Shown here piece after piece: positions 47,730 through 60,550 of a DNA stretch of 64,000 bases. The stretch's first letter is position 1. Each line of letters starts with the position of its first letter. The notes under the pieces were generated by a model, which made no database searches, was not told the origin of the DNA, and saw only the letters and a list, made by a program, of their open reading frames with translations. The translations under genes and the position numbers were made by a program. The stretch comes from Lingula anatina (lineage: Eukaryota > Animalia > Brachiopoda), in NCBI GenBank assembly GCA_051362555.1, contig CM120643.1, positions 13,676,644-13,740,643 of the forward strand, written 5' to 3'.

Positions 47730-49535
47730 CTAGAGATCTTCATACTCGTCCAAATTATACCACACAGGTAGAAACAATTTCCCATTCTCTCGAATCACAC
47801 CTTTCCCTAGCCTTCTGCGAAGACATGGAAACGGAAGAACGAATAATTCAGAATTGTTTATAATGGTCAACTGTGTTAAGGCATAATACACGTCCCTGTG
47901 TTTGTCCATGCTGGCCACTGTGCTGGACATTACAGCGATCAAGAAGTTGATGACCAGAATGGCCACCATTAATACAAAAAGCACGTGCAGTATAATGTAT
48001 ACGTGCATCTTGGGTGAATCGTGATCAATATATTCAGTGCCGTCTATCATGTTAAGTATTATCGTAAATGACGTGTAGTAGGACAACCAGATGTTTGCAA
48101 AAGGCGAGTCATAATTGTGTCTGAATAGTCCATAGAATGCCAGGGCGAATGTCCAAACCAGAATATTCAACAGTAGGCTGAATTTTAGCATATCCGTCAA
48201 CATCCTTTGGAAGGCGATCACGAAAAACCCAATATTGGAAAACAGCTGCAAATAGTATAAGATATTCCACACGTTCATCAATGAAGCTAACGCAGTAAAG
48301 AGACTAACAATGAAGAAAGTGTACGGGTCTTCTTCGGCATTTGACGAAGTCGTAAAAATCAGAGGCGTAATACTTAAGAACAGTACAGATTGGGTTAACG
48401 AAATGATGTGGTTTGAAAGGACAGAACTTATTGTTTCCCTTCCAGTCTTGATTATGCGCTTGCAAAATCCATAGCCTTTCTTTCTCCGTAAGTAGAACGC
48501 TATGACACAGACAGCAAACGTTTGAATAAGAAACAGCACACATTCAAAGTCCACCAAAACCAAGCACCAAATGCCAATACGTCCCAAGAAAACATTCAGT
48601 GGATCATTTATGAACTGTTTACGACAGCTGTTATGCGAAGTACCATTGCTGTTTTCGTTCGCAAATAGGGTGGTTTCGTTTTCAGCAACATAACTTCCTA
48701 CATCCCAGCTGGGATGTCCAACAAACAGAATCCGGATGCTTAGAGTAGACAACCAGAAGAGAATGCTATAAATAACGCGTCCCAGAGCATGAGCTGCAAG
48801 GAGTCCTAGGTTGCTTTTCTTGCTAGTTCTCATCCACGCCTTCATCAATGGTGACACAAAAAAGGTTTCGGTTTCCGGATCACGAAGTTTCTTTTTATGT
48901 AGATACATAAGGTTATGAAATGGACTTTTGAAAAAACGGTCACCTGATATCACGTGGTACTCAGTGACGTCAACCCACACGTATCTTTGTAGTAGGGGCG
49001 CATCCTGTGTAAACATGTAAACACCTTCGGTGCTGATGATGGTCGTCAGTAATGTGAGAGTTCCCAAAACTGATGCCATTTCTACCGGGCGCAATCCAAC
49101 ATTATTTTCCTGCATGAGTAACTTCCGCAATGCATCCTTTTTTGCGTGTTGCGTCACCATTTTGTACATCTCTTTATAAGTTTGCGTTTTCGACGACCAT
49201 ATCGATGCAGCCCAGACAAGTGCATGAACTACATTGTTGTCCTCTTCAGTTGCCTCCAAATCAAAGCATCTTGAGGACAAAAACAATTCAAAGCAACGTT
49301 TAGAACCACGCATGGCCGCAACCATAAACGGTGATGAGAAATGTGGACATCCATCTGACAATGGCTGTAGTTTGTTTGGTGCCGGGAAACGTTCATATTC
49401 TCCAAGAAAGGACAGCGAATGCTCTTCCAACATAACTGAAGCAGCTGCAGCGTCATCTCTCAAAATTGCGTCCCGAAAACGCAGGTAGGTTGTAGACCAT
49501 GCAGTGCTTTCGGAGAGTTTCTGCCTATAACCCAT
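47730..49535 (-). CDS. TRPV-like cation channel paralog, single coding exon, 601 aa
   Basis: NNVVHALVW, ENNVGLRPVEMA, YYLQLFSNIGFFVIAFQRMLTDMLKF, pore SYYTSFTIILNMIDG, S6 INFLIAVMSSTV; acceptor tttattattgcag near 49588-49600. Confidence 0.88.
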   Translation of the reverse strand: MGYRQKLSESTAWSTTYLRFRDAILRDDAAAASVMLEEHSLSFLGEYERFPAPNKLQPLSDGCPHFSSPFMVAAMRGSKRCFELFLSSRCFDLEATEEDNNVVHALVWAASIWSSKTQTYKEMYKMVTQHAKKDALRKLLMQENNVGLRPVEMASVLGTLTLLTTIISTEGVYMFTQDAPLLQRYVWVDVTEYHVISGDRFFKSPFHNLMYLHKKKLRDPETETFFVSPLMKAWMRTSKKSNLGLLAAHALGRVIYSILFWLSTLSIRILFVGHPSWDVGSYVAENETTLFANENSNGTSHNSCRKQFINDPLNVFLGRIGIWCLVLVDFECVLFLIQTFAVCVIAFYLRRKKGYGFCKRIIKTGRETISSVLSNHIISLTQSVLFLSITPLIFTTSSNAEEDPYTFFIVSLFTALASLMNVWNILYYLQLFSNIGFFVIAFQRMLTDMLKFSLLLNILVWTFALAFYGLFRHNYDSPFANIWLSYYTSFTIILNMIDGTEYIDHDSPKMHVYIILHVLFVLMVAILVINFLIAVMSSTVASMDKHRDVYYALTQLTIINNSELFVLPFPCLRRRLGKGVIRENGKLFLPVWYNLDEYEDL

Positions 49536-52500
49536 TGTTGGATCTTTTGCTTTGCAAAAACGGCGATATTAATTTGACTGACGGCACCTGCAATAATAAA
49601 CTAAAATGAACAGGTGGCAGGCATGTGATATTCTGGAACAGTTTATTTACGGAAACAGCATTTGATCCAGCAGAAGAGCTCTGCCTAATTTCACTTGTAA
49701 AATAATGTCAGCTTCTGATTCTTGCGTGTATTAGGGAGTCTTGGTCGGTTTTCGTTTTGCTCGTATTTTGATAATCTGACATAATTCTCAAGACATTTCT
49801 GTGTAGACAACTTTCCAATAACATCCTTTACCTGGGAGTTTAAAATGACAATCACTTTGATGATAAACCGAACTGACTCTTATCAACCCTACAGTGTTTT
49901 GTTACCTACCGCTGATTGATCGTACTTTGTTGAATCTCTTAAGTGTTTTTCTTTAATGGATAAAACAAACTTCTAGCCATATGTTACCTTATTTTGTTAA
50001 CGCCAGTTTTTATAAACATTTTCTATCTAAACATTCAAACATTCAATAGTGTATCAGCGGTCTTACCAAGTATCACGGAAACGAATTCAACTTTAACATG
50101 GTACGTGTATAATCACCCGCAGCAATATTTCCAAATGGAGGTGAGGTATTGATTTCTCAATCTGTTTCTGTTACCTCGTCCCACGTAAAGCAAAGGTCAT
50201 TTAAGGTTGCAGGGTGACGTTAGCACGTCCGCATGAAATGATGTAGCAACTACTACTAATGAAACCAATTATGTCAAAACTATATTGTTAAGTCAATGGC
50301 TTACAGCTTCACTAATTGCAGGTAATGATTGAAGAGGAATAAATGAGTGAAAGGATAGGGAGTCATTTAGTGTAAGTTAAAATTTTTTAAGAGTCACCAG
50401 TGTAGAATTTTTTTTCGTGGTAGGAAAAGATGGAAAATGTCGAAGTCGCAAATAGATCGATTTTCCATTGGTTAATTTCACAATTGATTTGTAAGTTTTT
50501 GTAACACGTTAAACACATGCAAACAAAGGATGGATGTGGTCCAATTATGAGTGATTCAAATAATCTTTTAAATATTTTTAATTGAAAGCAAGGCTCTTAG
50601 ATATTACCTGGTAAGTAATATTGAATATGGATGGGATGCAACACGAGAATGGAAAATTTCTTGTAATCACGCAGAAGACAGTGGAACGCAAACAAATAAA
50701 TGCGTGTTCAGCTCGGAGAAATAGAGTTTAAATATTTGTGAATTTGTAACAAAAATCAGTGGGTGAATAAACAGTTGGAAGCTCCAGAGATCGTCGTTAT
50801 TGTCACTATAACAACTATAACCAAAAGGATGAAGTTTAATAATAAATGTGTAAATGCAATAAGATTTTGAAAAACGTATGAAACATATCGTTTGGAATTT
50901 ATCTCATTCCCTCTACGTTTGTGCTGACTTTCCCCTAAAAGCTGAGCAAGGGATTTGTTGAACAACATACTAAGGCAAATGTCAAAGCTTTTCAACTAAT
51001 AATTAAAATCATAGTGATACCGTATAGAACGGAAAATGTGTGGGGTTCCTCAAACCACGAATTCGCCATCAATACCTTAAAACTGTCATTTCAACATTAG
51101 TCATCATTTGAAAAGTAACATATTTTACTGCATTGTTTCACAACAGGAACAGAATACTTCCGCTCATTAGGCAGATCAAAGTAAACGTGAAACATTGCTG
51201 TGATTGTTCAATTATCAAAGGCATAAATGCATATCAAAACTGGAAAATAAATCAAAAGATGAAAAGCCGATTGCTTTTTTCGCGGAAGGTAGATATTTCG
51301 TAATCCATTGACATCTAATGTTTTGTTTATTTAGAAATGCTGTCAAAATCTGGGTGATGAGCACAAATATTCTCCCGTTAACAACTATTAAGCACTTAGA
51401 TTAACAGACGCATATTAACATTTGAAAGAAATTTCATCAGTACATCAATAACGATTTCTCTGGCCCTTTATTTCTGCTAATATTTTGTTGTTCATTGAAG
51501 GTACATATGAACCGGGCATTGGTGAAGCGTGGATTCCCATTAACACATATAAACCACTTCTACTAGTTTCTTATACAACTCAAATAAAGTCGATATGCCA
51601 AGGGATAAACTAAATAAATCACTAAAACGTATGAGTGCTAAATTCCATTTACTCAGCATAAAGTAGAATCGTGTTGAGATAATTTATAGGTCATATTTCT
51701 AATTTTCGAGGAAAAATGATGCTGCACATATTATTTCAGGGCAAGAAGTGAACAACATTGAAAAGATAGAGTATTTACATTATTTCTTAACGAAAATATA
51801 GATTATTTCTTGTTGGCAGGCAGAAATTCAGTACTGTAAAGGTATATAATGTACTGTTGACACAATTTTGAGATTCTGTTACTGCATTAAATATCGATGC
51901 CATAAATGTGGATGATGAAAGTAGTGCCGGGATATTGTCACTGGTCGTGAATTTTACCGGTTCGACGCCAAACAAACAGTTCACTATGCATTCCACCACT
52001 TTTTAAAAAGAAAAGTACTGTCAATTCTTAACTGTTATTATCGTTGCTTCAGGAAATGAACATCTGTAGGTATTAATACTCCGTCAACCTACCTGCCTAC
52101 AAAGTTTACCGAAGCTGGAATAAGCACTGAGGGCAGGAAAATAATCGGTCTTAGAGGTAAAGTGACATGTTGTACGCGGCTTAATAATGCACCTTTTGAT
52201 GAACCAACCATTAAAAACGAATTGATCATCTATCGGATGCCATCTGCCTTTTACAAATGCCGATTAATATACCTGGAAAAACGTGTCAGCGATGTACTTC
52301 AGCCACCCCGTCCTAAATCAGCAAGGCCAGCTACCGTGACATCTTCTTAGGGGGAGTCCTTTCTTTCCTCTGAACCAGTACAGGTAAACCCCAAAGCAGA
52401 GATAAGCCAGGACAGTGGGATGACATCACTTTGGCCAATATCGCTCAAGTGTGACTGATGAGCATGAACCAACCTCTGTATATTAAACATGTATGCGAAA

Positions 52501-52911
52501 TACAAGTGCAATTATCCTCGTGTTTGAAACGCCAGACGTGGTATACAGTGTAAGGTCCGAAATATTAACGCAATTCGAATTGATGATTGATTCACACGCG
52601 TCTTGTGTTATCAACGTCCTGATCAGATTGCAGTTAGAGCTCAGGTGGGGAATGGTTTAAGAAGAGTAGGTGATGACAGAGTTCTACTTGATTGCACTTG
52701 TATCTTATTACGAATATCTTGTTCGACACCAATAGTCCTCAACAAGCAAGGGAAATTGTGCGAATACGGATATATTCGTTTAAAGCGACGTTAAGAACAG
52801 TTTTTTCTACTTTATATAAAAGAAAATTCTTTTAGAGCTAGTTCGTCTAATCTAGCTAGAGATTTGACAACAAATGTTCCAATGTGACAAGCTCTGTTTT
52901 AAAAAAAATCT

Positions 52912-54783
52912 ATGAAGGATATTGGCACGGTTGAAGACGGCAAAATGGAGAATGTAAAGCCATTGCGACATGCATGGGCAGAGCACGACGCTGTCATCGA
53001 ATCAAGGTTTTTACACCAAGAACAACTTTTAGAGGGAATATTGAAAGATTCTGTCGACACGGTGTCAACAACACTACGCCATAATTCAGAGATTCTAACT
53101 CAAATAACGCTTATGAAACATCGATACCCTATGTCAAAGTGCGAGTCGAAGCCTCTTGCCAAGGGATGCCCATCATTTGGACTTCCCCATATGATTGCTG
53201 CCATGAGGGGATCTCTCAAATGTGTGAGGCTCTTTCTTGCCATGGGTGTTCATGTGGATGGGACAGAATATGGAAACAATATTATCCATGCCTTAGTATG
53301 GGCTGCTTCAATATGGCCAGTAAAAGTCGGAACGTATAAAGATATATACAGATACATAGAGTCTAACGTGGGCAAAGATAAGTTTAGGCAGATGCTGATG
53401 CAAGAAAACGAATTTTGTCTTCGTCCATTGGAATTGGCAGCCATGTTGGGGACATTGGCAATGCTAGATACCATCTTCAACACTGAAGACATCTATCGCT
53501 TTAGGCAGCCGTCACCAGTGCTACAGAACTACGACTATTATGATGTCACTGACTATCACGTGTCAACTGGTACACGTCACATGCAAAGTCCTTTCTTTCA
53601 ACTAATGATGCTTACAGACTGTCACATCAAAAAGAAAGAAACTACAGAATTTCTGACATCGCCTTTGGTTAAAGCTTGGGACAAAACAAGCATGCAAGGC
53701 CTTAGATCGTTTTACATTGCCTCAGGATTGATGACTTTTTTGTATTCTATCTTGGTCTTGATTGTAATTTTGGGTATAGAAGCGAAGAGTCTGCAGGGGG
53801 CTTTATTTACTGGGACACAAACCACTGGGAACGATTCCACGCGGAGCAGCACGTTCCTTCGCCAAAGTTGTGACAACAATGACGTGAAAAGACATATGCA
53901 AAATGAATCGACCGTGGACATTTTTCTCAGATCATCTGCCCCCTGGTGCGGCCTTGTAGCGGCTTGTGACTCCTTGTTACACATTATTGTAACATTCATA
54001 ACTTTTGTAAGATTCCTTAGACTGAGAAGAGATCCAAAATTTAGTTTTATGAAGCTGTCGGACGCTAAAGCTGGTCAGAGAAGGATAGCGAGTGTGTATT
54101 CGATCCACGTGACCCCTGTCATGGAATCACTCATCCTGGTCGTTCTGGTTCCAGTGGTAATCCAAGCCCCTGTTTGTGAATCAGAAAACCCCGAGTTGTA
54201 TTTCTGGGTCTATTTAATATCTTCAGTGACTTTATGGTTAAACGTTTGGAACATACTGTATTTTTGTCAGTTTCTACCCATTTTTGGTTACTTCATTGTC
54301 GTTTTTCAGCGTATGCTTCACGATCTTCTTAGATTTATGGTTGTACTAAGCCTCCTGTTGGGCACCTACGCATTGATATTTTATTCAATTTTACGAGATC
54401 AGTGCGACAATGCACGTTTTAGTAACTTCTATTTCTCATTTTACACGACTTTTAAGATAATGCTAAATATGGAGAACGTTTCACAGTTTGCGAGAAAAGA
54501 GTCGCCCCAAGCGTACGTCCTGATGATCCTTCACGCCTTACTTTTTCTAACAATCACCATTTTGGTCATCAACTTCATGATTGCAGTTTTGTCTAAGACG
54601 GTCTCTGACATGTATCAGTACAAGGCAGTCTTTAAAACACTGAATACTATCTCTAGATTGAATTACATCCAGAATTTTCTGGCTTTTATACCATGTGTAC
54701 GACCGGTTTTGACCAAGGGGTTTGTTCAAGAGAATAGGAAATTGTACCTCCCTGTTTGGTCCAAATTAGAAAGACATGAGTAA
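52912..54783 (+). CDS. TRPV-like cation channel paralog, single coding exon, 623 aa, divergently oriented
   Basis: NNIIHALVW, ENEFCLRPLELAA, YFCQFLPIFGYFIVVFQRMLHDLLRF, SFYTTFKIMLNME, INFMIAVLSKTV; AATAAA at 54803. Confidence 0.88.
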   Translation: MKDIGTVEDGKMENVKPLRHAWAEHDAVIESRFLHQEQLLEGILKDSVDTVSTTLRHNSEILTQITLMKHRYPMSKCESKPLAKGCPSFGLPHMIAAMRGSLKCVRLFLAMGVHVDGTEYGNNIIHALVWAASIWPVKVGTYKDIYRYIESNVGKDKFRQMLMQENEFCLRPLELAAMLGTLAMLDTIFNTEDIYRFRQPSPVLQNYDYYDVTDYHVSTGTRHMQSPFFQLMMLTDCHIKKKETTEFLTSPLVKAWDKTSMQGLRSFYIASGLMTFLYSILVLIVILGIEAKSLQGALFTGTQTTGNDSTRSSTFLRQSCDNNDVKRHMQNESTVDIFLRSSAPWCGLVAACDSLLHIIVTFITFVRFLRLRRDPKFSFMKLSDAKAGQRRIASVYSIHVTPVMESLILVVLVPVVIQAPVCESENPELYFWVYLISSVTLWLNVWNILYFCQFLPIFGYFIVVFQRMLHDLLRFMVVLSLLLGTYALIFYSILRDQCDNARFSNFYFSFYTTFKIMLNMENVSQFARKESPQAYVLMILHALLFLTITILVINFMIAVLSKTVSDMYQYKAVFKTLNTISRLNYIQNFLAFIPCVRPVLTKGFVQENRKLYLPVWSKLERHE

Positions 54784-57499
54784 CATCAATCACTGTTAGA
54801 ACAATAAAAAAGGGCCTATTAGAACCTGAATTGATTACGGTTTGCAAGATGTTAGGAGATTTTAATCTTTAAAGAAGAAGATAACGATCTATAGAATCGG
54901 TTGGCAAAAACTAAGCTAAGCTCTTAAAGTTTAATATCTCTTACATTGTAAGTTGAAATTTGTTTATTTTTATTTGCCTTAAAATATGCTGAATATGCTG
55001 TACAGTATTACAGATATCATATTATGTGACGACGTTCAAAGGTTCTACAATCAACAGTATATCTCTTTTTTTTTGCGTGAGGTCGATGTCAAATTTGAAT
55101 AAAACAGTGGTTTAGATGTGAAGTTCTCATACCTTGCTATTTTCCCTGGGTTCTCGCATTAGCCAGTGACAATATTGTCGATTAATTCTTATCATTAATT
55201 AAACAAATGGCGGGAGTTAAATTTGTTCTTAGAAATTTTCTAAAAACTACCTTCTACACTAGTGCATTTGTGACTACAAAAATAAAATGAAGTAGAATGA
55301 CGCGGGAATCACCAAAGTCGCTGGTCTGAAGAATATGTACCTGATGTACTTCTCTTACTTGACACTGTTTTGACAAGAACACCAATGTGGACCAGTAATT
55401 TTGAGGTTAGCGCAATAACAGAGATTTTACATTTACTTAAAAAAAACATGCACTGATATCATGAAATACAATATCCACGCTAAACAAGATCATCATGCTT
55501 TATAGAATATAAATACCAACAGATAAATGGGTTATCTTTACGTGTTAACGAGCTAGGTTAAGTAAGAAAACGATGACAGTTATCTAAGTACGGTGAAGCA
55601 GTTACCAAATATTTCATCTGGCATTTTTAAAAAGCTTTACGGCTGCTTTTAATTAAGTGACTTTACGTTACGTCTGCACGATTTAACAGATTCCTGGGCT
55701 TAGCCAATCAGACCATCTGGCCACACCTCAAATCACACCCACTCTTAGCAGGTGAAGTACGCCTTATCACCAGGAATTAATCTAGATGATGCTTAAAGGT
55801 ATATTGTTATTGGCGTGACATGTGAATAGTTTTAAACTACTGTTTGAATAACGTGCCACATCCTTAGGTTTATTTACAATTAAATCTATCAGTGTTAAGC
55901 ACAGTGACATTCTTCTGGATTGATGTTATTGCCAAGCTGAGTTAGCGTGTGGGAGGACAATGCTGGGATCAAGCCGGCTTACATATTTATATACATATAA
56001 CCGTGTTCCATGCAGCGCGCACACGATGTCATTTTGACTTCGACAAGACGCGATGGCGTTAAATGACGTAAAAGTGACTCCCACATTACTTGCTTGGCAT
56101 ATGTCTGGATTAACTTACTACCTTGACCTATCTTATTGGCTGTGAGCGTCTTCTATTGAACGCAACTGAAATTTAATAGCAGTTGAATCACTGTTAAACC
56201 TCGGAATCATATTTTTAACTTATTAGTTTGTACAATACTATCTGGGGACGTCAAGTAGACCGAAATTGGTTATGGTTTTAACTCTGTGTCCAAGCACATT
56301 CTTATCTTGAATCCCGGCAACGTGTTGTCCTATCAATGTACAGGACAAGGGTTATTTTATCAAAACCATCTGGTCGTATTTGAATAAATCTCACCGATTT
56401 GCTTTACAGGTCAGTCTTTAAGTGCAATTAAAAGGCTGGGAATTGCAATAATTATTATGTCAACACGGAAACGTATAGGCGCGTCTCTAACGACGAGGTG
56501 AACAAAATTCTGGGAATCCTGGTGCTTTATTTACTTCAAAAGTCGGAAACGAGAAGAGTTCTCAGAGTTCATTGGTTGTGAACGGCAATATCTTTAGATA
56601 TCTCTTTTATCAATAGCTATTTCAATTGATATAACTTCTTTTCCGTGCGCGGTTATCAATAAATAATTGATAGAACAAAAGTTTCAATAAAGTGACAAGA
56701 TACGGAAGGCGTTTTCTTTCGTAATGGTAATCCAACATGCATTTTCCATCTTCAGTTTTCCCTCTCATTTTATAAATCATTATCATAAGTTACCAAGTAT
56801 CTCCATGGTACAAAAGTTTAATATTAAACGATGCTATCAATATGGAAATCCCCAATAATTCTTTATATACGTCATACCCCAATAAAAACTTTAAAATTCA
56901 AATTCATCTACTCGACCTATTCAGGTGAACATGATCTACCAAGGAAACTCTATTTAAATATAGTTCATCTTTGACGGCACAGAAATATTGAAATCTCCAA
57001 GAAATATTTTAGATAATCCCCCATGGCATTACAGTAGTGTAACTTGACAATGTACTGTGCCAATATTGATGCACTGCGCCCACTCTTTATTCAGCAAATT
57101 CCCTGTGGTGCAGTCCGTCAGCTATTTAGCAATGACAGCTGGTTTCTACACGCAAGTCAAATAACCGATATCGGAAGGCATACAGGTATCTGGCAATTAA
57201 TGGAGAAAAAGATTTAACAGATATCAGTAGTGTCTTCTTAATCACAAATTACACTACTTCGGACACGTGTTTGTGTTTTTGTGGCAACAACAGCACATAA
57301 CAAATATCCCAGCGTTATTCTAAATGAATAAGATAGAATTAAAGTCAAATGTTTTGAATAGGGCATAAATCCGTCAGGTAAAGGTATCCAATAACAAAAC
57401 TCGCTTTCTTTGAAAACCTACCCAATGTCTTAAATGAGATTAAGAATGAGATATGCTAAACAAGGCAGCAAAGCTGTCAAATGTACAGACAAAAAACAG

Positions 57500-59450
57500 A
57501 AAAAAAAGATGCAAAATAGGTCATTATGTCAATTTTGATGCAATAATAAATGCTTATAATAGCACAGTCAGTCAACACTGATTTTTAATCATGCACAACA
57601 GGTAACATGGTCAATAACAGGAGCAGATTCAGAGATATTTTCTGACAGTATTCCAAAGTATCTTTGTTGATCCATCCTCCATTTTGATAGTCTTCCAACA
57701 GAAACCCGTTTATATAAACTGTAAAATCTGACTGTCTTCCAGGAGACCCAGAAGATGGTCTTAATCCACCCTTTCAATAAGATTACAATGTCAGGACCAT
57801 GAGAGTTAAAATTCACATGATGAAAGTCCCTATATATGAAAAATGATGACAGTGCATAAAATAATATTACATCGTGTTTAAAGACATAAATACCAATACA
57901 GCTGCTTATGTGGAAATACTGAAAATGTGCACAGCCTCAGGTGGATGGGAGTTAAAAATCACATCTTAAAAATGCCAGTGTTGGAGAAAAAATTAAATAG
58001 AAACAACAAAAATATAATTCTAATGAAGCTGTTATTCACTGCTTCCTTATTATGGACACTATGTTATCTAGCAGAGAGCTTAACAGGGAAATATCAACAA
58101 GTGTGCTTTATGAAATTTCAATTAATGGCTACTTAATTAGGTAAATGAGTTTATAGCACTGAAATTAGCCTTGTGAATACCCAAGGGGAATTAACAGACT
58201 GACCACACAAATTTGTCTATCAAAGGTCTTCAGGCCCATAAGTCACACCTTAAGAAAAGCAGAAAACAATAATGCACAAAAACAGGAGACTGCCCAATTC
58301 TGATGCAATAATACATTATGTTTAACTGCACAGTCAACATAAAATTTTAATTATGCACAACAGGTAACGCTGATGAAAGTAAAAGCATAAGGCTCCAGGC
58401 CCATCAGAGTTCAAGTTTTCAATTAGAAAGTGCCAGAATGAGAAAAATGAAAATTTCAAAAAAAATGCATAAATTTAATAAAAATGATGACCCAATTGAC
58501 CTGGCTTTCTAATTTGAACTGCATGCCAATCCTAAAAATCGTACTTATAAGTTAAATATAATAATAAGTAACACAGTTTTCTTTTCATAATGTTTGCAGT
58601 AGCAGTGCAAAAAGATTATTGTCAATTTTGATGTAACATTACATAATAAATTATAGAATAATTATCACCAATTTTTGATTATTGACTATAAATAGCATGG
58701 ACATGTAGAAAATTTGATTACCATTAGGCTTCATGTCCATGGGAGCTCTGAGTCCCACAATGAATATGCCAAAAAGATAATGAATATTTCACTAAGTGTA
58801 TAACTTCCAGAAAAAGAAGCCAATTAGACTGCTTTTCCAACTCAGGCTGCATTTTAGTCCTGTGTTTCTTTTTTGAAAGTTTGACAGTAATAAGTAACAC
58901 CGTTTTCCCATAATGGTCATCATGGCAGCAGCACCAAATATTGTGTTTTCTTCTATTTTGATGCAACATTACATAATGCTTAACAGCATAATGACCATCA
59001 ATTTTAAATGATAAAATATACGTGTCATGGATTTTCAGAAAATGTGACTAGCAAGGGTCTTCAAGCCCGTGGAGGTTCTAAGTCGCACCTTGAAAATGTC
59101 AATAAGTGAAAAATTAAATTTTCACAAAAAACTGTTAAATTGCCAGAAAAATTTACCAAACAGACTGCATTGCCTACTGAGGCTGTATGTTAGACCCATG
59201 TTTCTTTCTTGTAAGTTTGAGAACAGCAAGTGACATGTTTTCCCTTAAATGGTCATCATAGGAGCAGTGCCCTAAATAGGGGTTTCTTCAAATTTTGATG
59301 CAACGTTACATAATGTTTAACAGCATAATAACCATCAAATGTTATTAATAAAATATTAGTAACATGGACATTCAGAAAACATGACAAGCAAAGGTCTTCA
59401 GGCCCATGGAACTTCAAAGTCACATATTGAAAATGCCAAAATGTAAACAA
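57500..59450. repeat. Degenerate ~330-bp-scale repeat family
   Basis: Recurrent caattttgatgcaacattacataa-like blocks near 57530, 58295, 58623, 58955 and 59290, each followed at a distance by ggtcttcaggcccatgg-like motifs. Confidence 0.55.
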
Positions 59451-59839
59451 GACAGCACTGTCCTGAAATGGGTTTATTTCCATTTTTAACACTTTTTTAA
59501 CATAAAACAAAATAAACATTTTACTGCCATTTTTATATGACCAACTAAGAAAATTGATGAGATGGGAAAAGTATCAATAGAACAGTGTTAAATGTCCAAT
59601 TTCCTCCATTCTGAGATTCTGAACATATTGGATGATTGAATCTGACAAACTGCAATGATATGAGTTTATTTCCATTTTTGACACTTTATTACACAATACA
59701 TGATAACAAGTTTACCATGTTTTTTTACATAATCAACTAACAATGTTGTAAAGATGCAGGAAATATCAAACAAACACTTTTACGCAACTAATTAGTTCAA
59801 TAATGAGACTGTTAACATGCCTAATAATTGAATCTGAGG

Positions 59840-60550
59840 AAATGTGAAAAAACAGTATAACTTCTAAAATAATGGCCCGATTATGCTGATTTTTGAACTC
59901 AACCTGCATTTTAGTAAGATTGACCACTCCTGTGAATATAATGCCAATTGGCCAATCCGTTTTTCTTATATTGTGTTATCAGTGTTGCATTTATATTGAA
60001 AAGTGAAAAAACAGGATAAATTCCCTAAAAATGGCCCAATCATGCTGATTTTCGAACTTGACCTGCGTATTAAGAATTTTCATCAGTTCTGTAAGTTTCA
60101 AGCCAAAAGGTAAAATGGTTTTCCACTTACTGTGTTATCGGTGCTGCATATATGCTGAAAAAGTGAAAAAACAGCATAAATTCCCTAAAAATGGCCCAAT
60201 CATGCCGATTTTCGAACTTGACCTGCATATTATGAATATTCATCAGTTCTGTAAGTTTCAAGTCAAAAGGTACAATGGTTTTCCACTTATCGTGTTATCG
60301 GTGCTGCATATATGTTGAAAAAAGTGAAAAAACAGCATAAATTCCCTAAGAGTGACCCGATCATGCTGATTTTCGAACTTGACCTGCGTATTATGAATAT
60401 TCATCAGTTCTGCAAGTTTCAAATCAAAAGGCAAAATGGTTTTCCACTTATCGTGTTATCGGTAAAAGTGCACGGCGACGGCGACGACGGCGACGACAGA
60501 CGCAGATGATGGCTATATGTACAGACACATCTGTGTCTGTACATAAAAAT
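59840..60550. mobile_element. Non-autonomous Helentron-associated-like element: four ~160-bp core repeats, (GAC/GGC) microsatellite, terminal hairpin
   Basis: gtgaaaaaacag... repeats at ~59844, 60003, 60163, 60324; cggcgacgacgg tract at 60472-60497; perfect 14-bp inverted repeat at 60516-60545. Confidence 0.65.
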
